A stretch of DNA of 64,000 nucleotides, from assembly GCA_002269645.1 (NCBI GenBank), contig NIVC01001443.1:1-64000 (forward strand). The letters run 5' to 3'. Source of the stretch: Macrostomum lignano (taxonomy: Eukaryota). The notes under the pieces are model-generated. The model was not told the origin of the DNA. It saw nothing but the letters and a program-made list of their open reading frames with translations, and did no database searches. The position numbers were made by a program, and so were the translations under genes. The stretch's first letter is position 1. Every line of letters begins with the position of its first letter. Positions 63,401 through 64,000 of the stretch are shown here, one piece after another.

Positions 63401-63759
63401 CAATCGACAATCTAGCAAATCTTTGATGCATCCCTTTAAAGAAGCTCTTGGGCTCACTCATTGGCTGCTAAGCACGCAAAGCAGGGGTGAAACCGCTCGA
63501 TTCAATATCTAGACGAAGTTGACCGATTACAAAGTTGCGCACTGATGTGATCCTCTGCAAATGTCTCTGAAGCATCTGCAGTCTTTGATAAATCCCCGCT
63601 GTAAACTCATGTGTGTACAAACAGGTCAATGTCGTTTGTCTGGTATGGCATTCCTTTTATTGATATATTTTAGTATTGTTTAATTCTTGGCATGAAGGGC
63701 AATGAAAGTTCTCAATCGTGTTGGAAACCCAAAGACGACGTTCGAACCCCTGAGAAAAG

Positions 63760-64000
63760 ACACCTGGGACAATAGGACACCTGGGACAATAGGACACCTG
63801 AGACAAAAGGATGCCTGGGACAATAGGATACCTGGGACAATAGGATATCCTGGGACAATAGGACACCTGGGACAATAGGACACCTGGGACAATAGGACGC
63901 CTGGGACAATAAGACACCTGGGACAATAGGACACCTGGGACAATAAGACACCTGGGACAATAAGACACCTGGGACAATAAGACACCTGGGACAATAAGAC
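63760..64000. repeat. 17-bp minisatellite running off the window
   Basis: (GGGACAATAGGACACCT)n. Confidence 0.95.

Overview
Eukaryotic (animal) genomic DNA with GT-AG introns, GC-rich exons and many minisatellites. The style resembles a free-living flatworm such as Macrostomum, but that is inference only. Five protein-coding genes can be reconstructed: MMAA/MeaB GTPase (-), RABL6 (-, with a tRNA-Leu(CAG) on the opposite strand in intron 3), a very large arginine-kinase-type phosphagen kinase (-), a class I SAM methyltransferase (+) and an ELOVL4-like elongase (+). The kinase gene splices seven near-identical catalytic domains in frame from a 1852-bp tandem unit and has a candidate myristoylation first exon. 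Mobile elements include hAT-like and other MITEs with verifiable TSDs, a CORE-like tRNA SINE and a 5'-inverted (twin-primed-looking) RTE LINE. The most unusual signal is that intronic minisatellite units resemble, in frame, the spliced exon-exon junction of the intron that holds them (VAKV/VVQV vs VAQ|V; LTVYPVS vs LT|VDPSS; LIQTGV vs VIQSG|V). This suggests introns born from, or re-seeded by, tandem amplification of coding sequence. The first 16 kb is mostly satellites, and most long ORFs in the ORF track are repeat artefacts.
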